The translations under genes were made by a program, and so were the position numbers. A stretch of DNA of 64,000 nt from the human T2T-CHM13v2.0 reference genome, Homo sapiens: the NCBI RefSeq assembly GCF_009914755.1, contig NC_060926.1; one strand, 5' to 3'. The notes under the pieces were generated by a model, which was given only the letters and a program-made list of their open reading frames with translations, did not search any database and was not told the DNA's origin. Positions 1 to 14,473 of this stretch are shown here, piece by piece. The number at the start of each line of letters is the position of its first letter. The first letter of the stretch is position 1.

Positions 1-418
1 TACTCTTCTGAGTATCCCCCACACTATATTAGGAATTTGTTACAATATGACTAATGCTGAATATGTGTGCATTGATTTTTAAGTGCACTGGGTGGGACTG
101 ACTTGTTCAAATCTCCGTTAAAGCAAATGTCTGATTAGGAGAAAAGTAAGGGAGTAATTTGTTAGGAAAACTACTTTCTGAGGTGCCCCCACCTCCCCTC
201 CTTCCAACCTGAAGAGGCAGAGAGGTTTGTGTAAACAAAGGTCCTGCAAGGCACAGCTGTTTTACATTCTGATGTTCTATGACTTTCTTAAATAAAAACC
301 TTTTGGATTTTCATATCTATTTAGCTAGTAGGAATATTTCCTCCTTTTTCGGAGAATAAAATCCTAGACTTAAGGATATTCCTTGGGTGACTGAGAAGTC
401 ATACCAGCCTAAGCAGTA

Positions 419-753
419 CAGCTGGCCCCCTGTATCCATGGCTTCTGCATCTGTGAATTCAACCAACCATGGATAGAAAATATTTGGGAAAAAAAATCCA
501 CAAAGTTCGAAAAAGCAGAAGCACGATTTGCTGCTTACTGAGAACTGCATTGAATCCATGTGAGTAAGGTGATGTGTAGGCGTTGTATTAGGAATTATAA
601 GTAATCTTTAGGTGATTTAAAGTATTTGAGAGGATGTGTGTCGGTTTTATACAAATACTACACCATTTTATATAAGGGACCTGAGCGTCCATGGATTTTG
701 GTATTCATAAGAGGTCCTGGAACCAATTGCCCATGGGTAGTGAGGGATGACTG
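419..753. mobile_element. MER2-like TcMar-Tigger non-autonomous DNA transposon
   Basis: Ends cagctggccccctgtatcc...gagggatgactg are imperfect inverted repeats flanked by TA on both sides. Confidence 0.8.
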
Positions 754-1854
754 TATTTTCTAATTAAAAGGTTTTTTTTTTAATAAGCAAATGTTTTACT
801 TAGTACCTTATAATATTTTAAAAAGCGTAAAATTCCCAAATAAAGTAATTGGTTTAGTGATAAATATTTCCAGTGGCGTACTTAAAATGAATGTTTTCAT
901 CAGAATGCAGAAGCTGTTTTGAGAACTTTTTGCTCATTATTTTCAGTGGGGTTGTGAAATCCAATGAAAACGTGTATAAATGTTTGTAGAAGAATACTTT
1001 GTTTATAGAGTGCAAATATTTTCTTGATATGACAACACCCCAAACAAAGAATGGTTACAATTAAAGTAATGGTGATTCAGTTAAACATAGAGCTGGAAAA
1101 GCCATTATTTTGAAATATCTTCTGAGCCTCATTGAAGAGAGAGTGTCTTACACACCTTGGGAACCAAGTTTTGCATATTATAGTATTACCACATTGTATT
1201 CGATCACAAGAATGGTGTGAATACTTGGTGGTTAAACAAATTATTGATGCTTGTTAGTTGGATGAGATCTTGGAATGCATGCATCCCGGCTTCCCACACA
1301 GTACTCAGTTCTTTCTGTAGCTATCCTGTTGAATATATGGAGAGTACAGTATACTTTCAGGCAAGATGGTCATTTAACAGGTCATTATTTAAACATTGTT
1401 TCAGTGTGTGCTGTGAAAACAACAACAATAACAACAACAAATCGAATACCTCTCTGCTCTCTGCATTTTTGGAGCGCTCTAGCTGTTAGAAAGTACCTCC
1501 TAACCCCTAGCCACTGTGAAGTTGTTGCTCCCTGCCTGCTGGGAAATCTGTGCCAGCTCTCCCAGGAAGGCTCCTGAAGCTGCCTGCACATACCTGCCAG
1601 GTGTGTCTCCTGGACTTTTCCCCAGGGGTCCTAGCTCCTGGGCTGGGTCTCCTAGGTGTCTTACAGCCTGGCTGCCCCTTCTGGACACTCTTGGCTTGGT
1701 CAGTACCTGGGGTGATTTAACTTGGCGTCTAACAGTGAAGCTTCCTTTAGTTGTATCTTCTGCTGTTGCTTCACATTGAGCTTGCCACGTTTTCCTTGAA
1801 TTGCTGTCAGTTTTTCTCTCTTCCAACCTTGGGAACTTTATTTTTAAAAATCTG

Positions 1855-2135
1855 GGCCAGGCGCGGTGGCTCACGCCTGTAATCCCAGCACTTTGGGAGG
1901 CTGAGGCGGGCGGATCTCGAGGTCAGGAGATCGAGACCATCCTGGCTAACACGGTGAAACCCCATCTCTACTAAAAAAACAAAAAATTAGCTGGGCGAGG
2001 TGACGGGTGCCTGTAGTCCCAGCTACTTGGGAGGTTGAGGCAGGAGAATGGCGTCAACCCGGGAGGTGGAGCTTGCAGTGAGCCAAGATCGCGCCACTGC
2101 ACTCCAGCCTGGGCAACAGAGTGAGACTCCGTCTC

Positions 2136-2170
<35 letters not shown>

Positions 2171-2172
2171 AA
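1855..2172 (+). mobile_element. AluY with (TAAA)n tail
   Basis: Diagnostic gagatcgagaccatcctggctaacacgg; TSD aaaatctg. Confidence 0.92.
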
Positions 2173-2609
2173 TCTGAATGCAAGACTGTATGTGTGCTTG
2201 AATAATTTGAATCCTCTCTTGGCCCTGGGACCTTCCCCGTGCTACATGTGCTTTCGGAGGTTGTGAGGAAAGGGCTGACCAGGCCATGGACCTGTCCCAG
2301 AGCCGGCACCCTTGAGCATGGCTGCTCAGACAGCAGTGAAAATTTGTCTTAGAAATTTGAAGTTGCTTTTGAAGCTTTTTGGTCAGTGAGAGAACTTAAA
2401 AATTCTCATGTAAATATAATTTAAAAAATATAGATGACTCAATCTACAAGAGCTTATCTGTTTGGTTTTTTTTTTTCTACTTATAGTTTACATTTGAAAA
2501 AATTTACCACTTGATGAACTGAGTAATTTTTTCTTCTTGATAGTAGAGGAATTGGTAGGGAAAGTGCTTCTAATACTCTTCGAAGCTGAGAAAATTTTAA
2601 GTATAAAGT

Positions 2610-2890
2610 TTGTTCATTAAACATTTGTGTATTGTTGTCTGGGAGCTAGACACTATATTTAGGGATACATTGATGAAAAAGAGAGAAATACCCAATAGTT
2701 CTTGGAGAGTACAGTATACTTTCAGGCAAGATAGTCATTTAATAAATACACAGGTAATTATTTAAACACCATCGTAGTGCGTGCTATGAAAAAACAACAA
2801 ACCAGTAGGAACATAGAACAGGAGAGGCCCTGGGCTGGGACTAGGGGTTTCAGAAGAGTCTCTCCAGAGAAAGTAAAGTTTAGGTTGATC
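2610..2890 (-). mobile_element. Old L2-like 3' remnant next to the HERV-H insertion site
   Basis: Degenerate ttcattaaacattt...tgctatgaa...cagaagagtctctccagagaaagt pattern typical of L2. Confidence 0.5.
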
Positions 2891-2898
2891 TGGTTCTC

Positions 2899-5545
2899 TC
2901 TCTTTTTTTTTTTTGAGCAACAAGACTGTTTATTTCACCTGGGTGCAGGCAGGCTGAGTCCAAAAAAGGAGTCAGCAAAGGGTGGTGGGATTATCATTAG
3001 TTCTTACAGGTTTTGGAATAGGCGGTGGAGTTAAGAGCAATGTTTTGGGGGCAGGGGGTGGATCTCACAAAGTACATTCTCAAGGGTGGGGAGATTATAT
3101 AGAACCTTCTTAAGGGTGGTGGAGATTACAAAGTACATTGATCGGTTAGGGTGGGGCAGGAACAAATCACAATGGTGGAATGTTATCAGTTAAGGCTATT
3201 TTCACTTCTTTTGTGTATCTTCAGTTGCTTCAGGCCATCTGGATGTATACGTGCAGGTCACTGGGGATATGATGGCTTAGCTTGGGCTCAGAGGCCTGAC
3301 ATTCCTGTCTTCTTATATTAATAAGAAAAATAAAATAGTGGTAAAGTGTTGGGGTGGGGAAAATTTTGGGGGGTGGTATGGAGAGATAATGGGCAATGTT
3401 TCTCAGGGCTGCTTTGAGCAGGACTGGGGCAACATGGAAACCTAGTGTGGGAGAGATGAAGCTGAAGGAAGATTTTGTGGTAAGGGGTGATAATTGTCGG
3501 GTTGTTAGAAGAAACATTTGTCGTATAGAATGATTGGTGATGGCCTGGATATGGTTTTGGATGAATTGAGAAACTAAATGGAAGACACAAGGTCTGAATA
3601 AGAGAAGGAGAAAAACAGGTATAAAAGGACTAAGAATTGGGAGGACCCAGGACATCTAATTAGAGTGTCCAAGGGGGGTTAGTGTAATTACTTGCTTGGT
3701 TGGCAAGCTTTTAGGCTCTATCTTTGAGTTTTTTTTAATGTTGTCATATACCAGGCCAGATTGATTTAGGTAAAAATAGCACTCTTCATTTAAAAATATA
3801 GAGTCCCCTTTTTTTTTTTTTTAGCAGTAAGTCGAGACCTTTGTGATTTTGGAAGAAAGAGAAATGCAAAGCCAGCAATTGTTTGTTAAAGAAGGATTAG
3901 AAACGGCTAGGAGAGAGTAACTGAGATTGATAGTGTGATAGAGATAGCTGGGGAGAGGTAGAGGGTGGCATAAGAACGGGAATGAGAATAAGAGTAAGTA
4001 TAAAAGTAAAGAATAGGACTTCATCAGGGTGAAAGTATTGGAGGGTACCTTGCCACTGAAGATCTTCTATCCACTTAAAGAGAGACTTAAGGGTGGCAGT
4101 TTGAGGAAAAACCAGGTGCCACTGAATACCAACAGCCTGAGAAACTGCTTGGGTGATTTGACTAGTAAAGGCCGGTCCGTTATCGGACTGTATAGAGGTG
4201 AGAAGGCCAAACCGAGGAACTATGTCTGACAGAAGGGAATAAATGACCACGGTGGCCTTCTTAGACCCTGTGGGAAAGGCCTCTACCCATCCAGTGAAAG
4301 TGTCTACCCAGACCAAGAGGTATTTTAGTTTCCTGACTCGAGGCATGTGAGTAAAGTCAATTTGCCAGTCCTGGGCGGGGCAAATCCCCGAGCTTGATGT
4401 GTGGGGAAGGGAGGGGGCCTGAGAAATTCTTGAGGAGTAGTAGAATAGCAGATGGAACACTGAAAAGTGATTTCCTTGAGGATAGATTTTTGCGATGGAA
4501 AGGAAATGAGAGGTTCTAAGAGGTGGGCTAGCGGGTTCTAAGAGGCGGGCTAGCGGCTTGCAACCTACATGGAAGAGGTTATGAAATGACGAATAGAATG
4601 GGCCTGTGAGACTGGAAGGAGATTTTTCTTTGGTCCAAGAACCATTTGCTTTGTGTGGGAAGAGATGGGTGGAAGTTTCAGCGAGGGAGTAGGTGGGAGT
4701 GGCCAGATGAGAAGGAGGAAAACTGCCCTGAGGGATAGAAGTTGGAACGCTAGCTGCTTTTTTAGCTATCTTATCAGCATAGGCGTTGTCCAGAGCAATG
4801 GGATCTGAAGCCTTTTGATGGCCTTTGCAGTGAATGACTCCGGCTTTCTTTGGAAGTAAAGCAGCCTTGAGAAGAGTTCTTATTAAAGAGGCATTATTGA
4901 TGGAGGACTCTTGCATAGTGAGGAAACTTCTTTCTGCCTATATAACAGCATGGTGGTGCAGGATATGGAAGGCATATTTAGAGTCAGTATAAATATTGAT
5001 GGGTAGTCCCTTTGCAAGAGTGAGGGCTCAAGTTAAGGCAGTGAGTTCAGCTTGCTGAGAGGTAATGGAGGGGGGCAGAGCGGTAGCCTCAGTGATAGAT
5101 GTGGAAGATACTATAGCATAGCCTGCCTTTGCTGGTGAGTGGCGATTAGGCCTGGTGGAACTGCCATCAATAAACCAAGTGTGATCAGGGTGAGGAACAG
5201 GAAAGAAGGAAACATGGAGAAAGGGAGTGAATGTCATGTGGATCAGAGAGATACAGTCATGGGAGTCAGATGTATCCGGAATAGTGTGGGAGGCTGGATT
5301 GAAGTCCGGGCCAGGAACAATGGTAACTGTGGGAGACTCAACAAAGAGTGAGTACAGCTGAAGGAGCCGGGGAGCAGAAAGTATATGCATCAGGTGTGAG
5401 GAAGAAAATAGATTTTGGAAGTTATGAGAACTATAGAGAGTGAGTTGAGCATAGTTTGTGATTTTGAGGGCCTCTAAAAGTGTTAGGGCAGCGGCAGCTG
5501 CTGCACGGGGACATGATGGCCAGCCTAAAACAGTAAGGTCAAGTT
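2899..5545 (-). mobile_element. HERV-H retrocopy: 5'-truncated pol (RNase H, integrase), deleted env, U3-R of LTR7, poly(A)
   Basis: ORFs with RNase H (WFIDGSS...AGYAIVS; VIHCKGHQK), integrase (WQIDFTHMP...IQSDNGPAF) and env TM remnants; polypurine tract 3302-3314; T12 at 2903-2914; 15-bp TSD gttgatctggttctc at 2884-2898 and 5546-5560. Confidence 0.93.
2915..3301 (-). mobile_element. LTR7-family 3' LTR, U3+R only (U5 absent)
   Basis: Minus strand begins TGTCAGGCCTCTGAGCCCAAGCTAAGCC at 3301; AATAAA at 2934-2929; LTR sequence stops at ...TTGTTGCTC followed by poly(A). Confidence 0.9.
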
Positions 5546-5721
5546 GTTGATCTGGTTCTCATTTATCCATTGTCCTTATCTTTAAAATCACAAGATATTG
5601 AGAGTTAGCAGTGCCATTGCTAATGAGATTAGAAAGCCTTCATTAATTACAGGATCCTTGGATTGAGATTGGAGTTTAATGGCACAGAAGGCAGCTTTAG
5701 GGTTCACTTGGTGAATTAATC

Positions 5722-6426
<705 letters not shown>

Positions 6427-7431
6427 CTCAGGCACCACTAAAAATCCAGCTACTGCTGGTGCCCAGCCCCTGATACTTCTCTCTGTGCAGAGTCATAGAA
6501 TACTAACAGAATTTAGTTCCCTCTAAATGTTCCAAATTGCCCTGACATCCGGTTCATTCTTCTGTGCTGCTGATTTTGACAACAGAAGCAACTGCTTTGA
6601 AAGCATTTTGAGATAGGAAAAACAAAGTGCATATTATGTTGCAGATATTTTGGGAAATAGAAAACTTGTTTATTAGTAACATATTTCAAGGAGATGAAGT
6701 TATGGACTTGATTTTGGTCAAGTAAGTAGTTGAAAAATGCAGTTTCAAAAATCACATCACCAGGGAGATTTTAAAGAAATTCAGAGTGGTCTGGATGCCC
6801 TGATCTTTTCTTCTAAGTTTTTTCCCCCTACTGGGAGAACGCAGAAACTTGCTGATTCCTTTTGCTCTTATACCTGATTGAAGACTTCACCAGCTAAGAT
6901 CTTATTTTCATTTTGCAGTCATTTGAGCGATAGTAGGAGCCAGATAAGTTTGAATTACAAGCCCATGCAGCTTTGGACAGGCTGTGCATTATCCTGTGAC
7001 TTTCTGGAAAGTGTGGTGAGGTATCCCCAGCCTGGGTGTTGGGCTGATTGGCTTGGTTGGATTAGGGTCTGGCCCCACAGTAGACATACTTAACATACTT
7101 AACTTATGGCTGTCACCTATGATAAATGCACTGTAAATCAGAGATCTCCTTTGTGGTTCTAAACTTATGGCAATATTTTAGGCACCATCGCTCATTTTTC
7201 TTGTATACTCATGTTTAGATATTCTGGAAGCCAAAGTGAATCCACATTTACTTTAACTGACTTTTGTTACCAAGCTTGATATTGAGTTCCTTTGAAAATA
7301 AGCTTTTAAGCAGTCATGTGCAGGCCTCTAATGGATTCCAGACTGTGTAGACTGTATTGTTAAACAATATTTTGTTTTTAAAAATTTTTTTCTTCGGATT
7401 GATCAGGTTTAAACAAATTTTAGTAATAGAA

Positions 7432-8218
<787 letters not shown>

Positions 8219-8922
8219 TAATAGAGGTTTGATCATGTTAAAATGATAATTATTTGAATGTTTTTTCTAGGATTGATATTCTCTTCCTTTCAAGTATCAT
8301 AGGCCAATCTTTACTCATTTTGTTTATTTGAAAGGTTATGGATTTCTAAGTAAGTCTGGGAAACATTTACCAAGCATACAAAGGGGAAAGGCTTGTTGCT
8401 GCAGTGTTAATGCAAGCGATGGTAGTTATTTGAACAGCTCTTTGAGAAAATTTAATAAAGTGTAAATCTCTGGAAATCTGGGTTGCCATGACAGTGTAGG
8501 ACCTATTTAGGATATTTTACAAAGAGAAATGATCTTAAAATCGTCTACATTTAAAATAAATATGTTAAAAGGCAAATGCTGGTGAGATTGTGAAATTAGT
8601 GATTACTGCAATCCTATCCAAATATGACCCCTCATGTTTTGCGACAGTTGAAAATAAATTTATAATTTTATAACTTACAAATTTATAACCTTCTCTGAAT
8701 AAATCTGAGTAAAGAGAAGGTTGTTCCTGTGTAACAATGAGAATTTTACTGGGATCCAAAGTACATACTATTTAGGTAGGAAGAAGCACTATGTTTTAGA
8801 GTTAGATTACTCTGCTGCAATACAGCTCCTACCATCTGTGTTGCATTTCACAATTGTTTTTGAGCACCTGCTATGGCTTAGGTGCCATGCTGGTTACTAA
8901 TGGTTTAAAGATGAACAGAATA

Positions 8923-9205
8923 GGCTGGGCACGGTGGCTTAGGCATGTAATCCCAGACTTTGGGAGGCTGAGGCGGGCAGATCACTTGAGCCCAGGAGAC
9001 CAGCCTAGGCAGCATGGCGAAACCCTGGCTCTACAGAAGATACAAAAATTAGCCAGGCATGGTGGTGTGTGCCAGTGGTTCCAGCTACCAGGGAGGCTGA
9101 GGCCCTGGAGGCAGAGGTTGCAGTGAGCCAACACTGCACCACTGCACTCCAGCCTGGGCAACGGAGTGAATCCCTGTCTCAAAACAAGCAAGCAAACAAA
9201 AAAGA
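8923..9205 (+). mobile_element. AluJ-type element
   Basis: Diverged Alu dimer with internal deletions and an A-rich tail. Confidence 0.88.
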
Positions 9206-10744
9206 AACCACACTAGAACAGAACAAAGAGGATGCTGGCCCTTGCAGAGCTTGTGGTGGTGGGGGGAGGTATATGTGTCTCACATATCACTTAGTATAGT
9301 GTTGGTTTTCAGTGTAGTTTTACATATTTGTTTCATTTCATTCCCTTCCAGGTAATTGAGATATGCATTTCCACTTGATAGATTTGCAGAGGATTTTGGC
9401 ATTGGGTTGCTCTAGGAGAAGTCAGATTACAAATAAAAAGTGCTTTATTGCTCCTGTGTTGTTCAGGCACATATGATACTAACTTATGAAATTTCACAAC
9501 AAATAGGGCAGTGAAATGCCAAACTCACTGAAATTCAGGACTGGTATTTTGGCAGCAGCACCATTAGAACTATACTCTAATGTAATTTAAAACTATTTGG
9601 AAGTAAATGTAAGACCAAATTGTTATTTGTGGTGGCTAGAAACCCCACATTAGCCATAAGACCATGGTGCTAGGTCTGTATTGAGTTAATAGTTTCTATT
9701 TTTAAAAATAATTTAGTCAACCAGAAGACATCAGTTAATTTCAGTTTTTTAATAGCTCTTCTCTGTATGTGGAACAGAAACAAGGATGGCCTTGAACTGC
9801 CATGTATATGAGAATAGCTGTGTATTTATTTGGTAGGACTTAAAAAATATTTTAGTTGGTTCAAGTTAGGTGATTTCAAGATTTGTAACTGAACATTGGA
9901 AAAATTAACTTTTCTCTCTAGATCTATCTACTTTCAATATTCAGCTGATTTTTCAAAATATTAGGACTTACAAAATTATATTTAGATTTTAGAGAGTATT
10001 ATATGTAAGCGGAGAAGAAGTACTTTAAAATTTTAATGTACGAGTAGTAAAGAAGGATAAATTTCTATGCAGCAGATAAAGAATTTTCTTCTCAGGGACT
10101 CAAATAATAAATCCATTTGTAATATCACTGTTCCTTGTGCAGTTTGCTCTGTAAAATGGAGGAAGGTGAGAGGGGTGCCATGTTTCTGTCTCATACCGTT
10201 TTTTGTTATAGAGTGTATTCATGGTTATACTGTATAATAATGATAATAAGTTCTTAAACCGTGGTGATGAGATCTATTTGGCAGAATGTTTTAAAATAAA
10301 CAGTGTATTTCCCACGAGTGAAATCTTAAAAAACAATTAATTTCCATTATAGTAAGGGTGAATTTTGCTCCTTCAAAGAGTATAGAGCCTGGTTGAATTT
10401 GCCCATTAAGAAAAAAAAATGTGTCTATTGGACTGTGTTGTTTGTAAAGCTAGAATCACCTTCCAGTGGCGTTTTCCATCCTTACAGGAAAGAGGTTTAT
10501 CTCTGAATATTGAGAATGGAGGTTCATAATGGGCATTTTAGCGTTTGAATGTTGTAGGAAGAAGATGGCTAAATCTTCACTGCTCCCCTAAAGTACACAC
10601 GTTAGTTCTGGTGGGGAGTAGCCACTCTGAGATTTTATATCAGAGACATAATGAATGGGACCCATGATATGTGAAATTCTAATTCTTTAGTACAGAGAAA
10701 TGTGCTCTTCATCTTTCTGTCTTCTGAGGCTTTTTTCAAGTGTT

Positions 10745-11434
10745 CGAAACTGCCGTTGCAAAACTCTAACTGAGACAGTGGAAGAGATCTGTACTAACCA
10801 ACTCCATCTTGCTTCTAACCTCCAAGCAGTCCTTGCTCTTTCCTGGGCTTAGGCCAAACTAACTTTGAGAGGGACTTAGTTTGTAGTTTAAAACAAAGAT
10901 GATAACAAAACCCCCTTCTTGCCTGGGGACTAGATTGCTTTTGTAGGACTAGCAAATTAACCACAACATTAGAAAATATGGTTTAGGAGTCATGCTGCTG
11001 GAGGCTGCAAGATTCTAAACCTCCCCAAATGGTTCCTGGGAATAACATCACTATTGCAAAACCTAAGATGAGTGCTTGTGACATTTTGCAGACCCTGTCC
11101 TCGATGGATCATTTGGCACCACCCAGATGGATAAACTGGCTTATCTGGTCTTGTGGCCCCCACCCAGGACTGACTCAATGCAAGAGGACAGCTTCAACTC
11201 TGTATTCATCTCCACCCCTACCAATCAGAACTGCCAACTCAGTGGACCCCTACCCAGCAAATTATCCTTAAAAACTCCAGTCCCCAAATTCTTGGGGAGA
11301 CTGTTTTAAGTAATAGCAAAACTCTGGTCTGCTGCACAGCCAGCTCTGTGTGAATAACTTTATTGCAATTCCCCTGTCTTGATAAATAGGCTCTGTCTAG
11401 ACAGTGGGTGAGGTGAAACTGTTGGGTGGTTACA
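10745..11434 (+). mobile_element. Solo LTR8 (ERV1)
   Basis: 690 bp, cgaaactgccgttgcaaaa...ctgagacagtg...gggtggttaca, matching the recalled LTR8 consensus; flanks tgtt / tctt. Confidence 0.82.
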
Positions 11435-11531
11435 TCTTCATTAAAGGAGATGAGCATTTTTTTCTTTAGCTTGGATAGTGTTTTTCATCATTTTTTTCAT
11501 TATTCCCATCCCTTATCAGGAATTTTTTAGA

Positions 11532-11902
<371 letters not shown>

Positions 11903-12699
11903 TAATATGAAAAAGAATACAATTTTTTGCCTCATCCCCAAAATGAATTTTCATTCCTTGTGGGGGCAATATCACCCCCATTGTGTATGTACAAGGAGAC
12001 CTGGCTGGGTGGGTAACTGGCCTAGGCGTAATTAGACTTTGATGCAGGTCATTCATTTCCTTATTTATTTAAGAGCCTTGAGTCTTTTTGATATTTTTCT
12101 GACATAGACCACTATTAAAGGGTTCTTGCCTTAGAGGGTAGGCCAATTTGTTCATTTAAAGCATGGGCTTTGGAGTCATACCCACTTGGTTCAAGTCCTC
12201 TTGGTTTCTTCATTTTTTTCCTGTGCCACCACCAGCAAAACTTTAGTTTATTCACCTGTAAAATAGGGCTAATAATAGTATCTACTTCAAAAGGTTGCTG
12301 AGGAGGATGGAATGAGAAAGCAAATAAAGCACCGCACCCCAGAAAGAGTAAGCCATCCTCCCAAAATGTAATTTTTAGCTGTGTTAGGGTTTAGAGTCAT
12401 CACCTCTGCATTTTAAAGATTAGGTTGTGTTCTTATGGTACAAGATTCAATAGTGATGAAGATATTATGATAAAAGCATCATAGCTGTGTGACTTGATTG
12501 AGTTGTTTAACTCTTGGGGCCCCAGTTTCCATATTTTTGTTAATTATGATTGAAAATACAAAATAAATTGACTGAAACGTCAAATATGGTAGTAATCCCA
12601 ATAAATGCAAATGGATTATGCTTGCCGACTAAGTGACAGAGGCTCTTGGGTTAGATTGAAACAAAGAGAGGCATACCTAAGACAAAGTGACTCTAGAAG

Positions 12700-13273
12700 T
12701 GTGAACTCAAAATGTCTGAGACAAGTCTCAGTCAATTTAGAAAGTTTATTTTGTCAAGGTTAGGGACACACCAGTGACATAGCCTCAGGAGGTCCTGATA
12801 ACATGTGCCCAAGGTGGTCAGGGTACAGCTTGCTTTTATACATTTTAGGGAGACACAGTACATCAATCAGTACATGTAAGATTTACATTGGTTTGACCTG
12901 GAAGGGCAGGATAGGGGCAGCCTTCCAGGTCATAGGTAGATTTAAATTTTTTCTGATGGCAATTGGTCGAAAGAGTCATTATCAGTAGAAAGGAATGTCT
13001 GGCTTATGGTAAGGGGTTGTGGAGACCTAGGTTTTATCATGCAGATGAGGCCTCCAAGTAGCAGGCTTCAGAGAGAATAGAGTTTGAGTATTTCTTATCC
13101 CACTTAAGGTCTGAGTTGATGTTAATGCTGGAGGGGGATGGATAGTGAGGCATGTCCATCCTCCCCTTTTCCATCATGGCCTGAAAGAGATTTTCAGGCA
13201 ACTCCGGGATGCCCTTGGCCAAGAGGGCCCATTCAGATGGTTGGGGGCCTTAGAATTTTATTTTTAGTTTACA
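12700..13273 (-). mobile_element. Solo MER4-family LTR (ERV1)
   Basis: TG...CA termini; minus strand starts TGTAAACTAAAAATAAAATTCTAAGGCCCCC; perfect 4-bp TSD gaag (12696-12699, 13274-13277). Confidence 0.85.
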
Positions 13274-13650
13274 GAAGGTTTGAAATAAGGGGATAGAAAA
13301 ATACATACCAGGCAAATATTACTGTCAATCAAAATAGAGTTCATATGTTAATAGAGATACAACAATATTTCATAATATTAACAGCTCATCTGGAAGATAA
13401 AATAATTATGATCTTGTAACATACTCAGGGAATGAGAAAGAAAATCTGATAATCATAGTGGGAAATATTACTATACTCTGTCATTGATAAATAAAAGTTA
13501 GTACAGCTATAGATTATTTGAAGTCCAAAATACTTTATTAACAAGAGTTTAGTAATTTAATAATTATTAATAGGTCTCAGAGAACCTTTCCCTGTCAGGA
13601 TGATCTGATTTTGTGAATTTTGGCTGAACTGTATACAGCTCTATGGTGCC

Positions 13651-13947
13651 TTTTTTTTTTTTTTCTTTTGAGACAGAGTCTCGCTCTGCCACCCAGGCTG
13701 GAGTGTAGTAGCGCTATCTCAGCTCACTGCAACCTCCATCACCCGGGTTCAAGCAATTCTGCTGTCTCAGCCTCCTGAGTAGCTGGGATTATAGGCGCCC
13801 GCCACCTCGCCCAGCTAATTTTTGTATTTTTAGTAGAGACAGGGTTTCACCATGTTAGCCAGGCTGGTCTCGAGCTCCTGACCTCATGATCCGCCCGCCT
13901 CAGCCTCCCAAAGTGCTGGGATTACAGGCATGAGCCACTGTGCCTGG
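13651..13947 (-). mobile_element. AluS-type element
   Basis: Antisense Alu dimer with poly(T). Confidence 0.9.
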
Positions 13948-14227
13948 TATTGTTTTTTTTTTTTTTTAAACAGTGGATATGTTTCTGTAAAGCTGCAGTA
14001 CACTGGATTGTTTTAAAAGTGAAGGCTACTTTAATAATAGACATTATATGCTTGTGACTTTTCTTGTGTTGTTAATTATCATGCCGTGACTTTTCATGTG
14101 TGTCTTTATATTTATGAGCAGAGAACTCTGAATGTTTGGGATGCAATCTCGGTCCTTTTTTGGCACTAGCCCCATGTACCTGAGTAATAATAGGTCAGAC
14201 AGGTTATTAAGAAACAGTGGTTTCTTG

Positions 14228-14473
14228 CATGTTCTCACTCATAGGTGGGAATTGAACAGTGAGAACACTTGGACACAGGGCGGGGAACATCACACACCGG
14301 GGCCTGTCATGGGGTGGGGAGATGGGGGAGGGATAGCATTAGGAGAAATGCCTAAAGTAAATGACGAGGTAATGGGTGCAGCAAACCAACACGGCACACG
14401 TATACATATGTAACAAACCTGCACATTGTGCACATGTCCACTAGAACCTAAAGTATAATTAAAAAAAAAAAAA
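14228..14473 (+). mobile_element. 5'-truncated L1PA 3' end
   Basis: catgttctcactcataggtgggaattgaac...cctaaagtataa plus poly(A); perfect 19-bp TSD aagaaacagtggtttcttg (14209-14227, 14474-14492). Confidence 0.93.

Noticed and set aside
3897-5390. 339-aa and 120-aa ORFs as functional retroviral Pol proteins
   Set aside because: They are frameshifted mosaics of RNase H and integrase with an integrase C-terminal deletion, and there is no RT, gag or 5' LTR.
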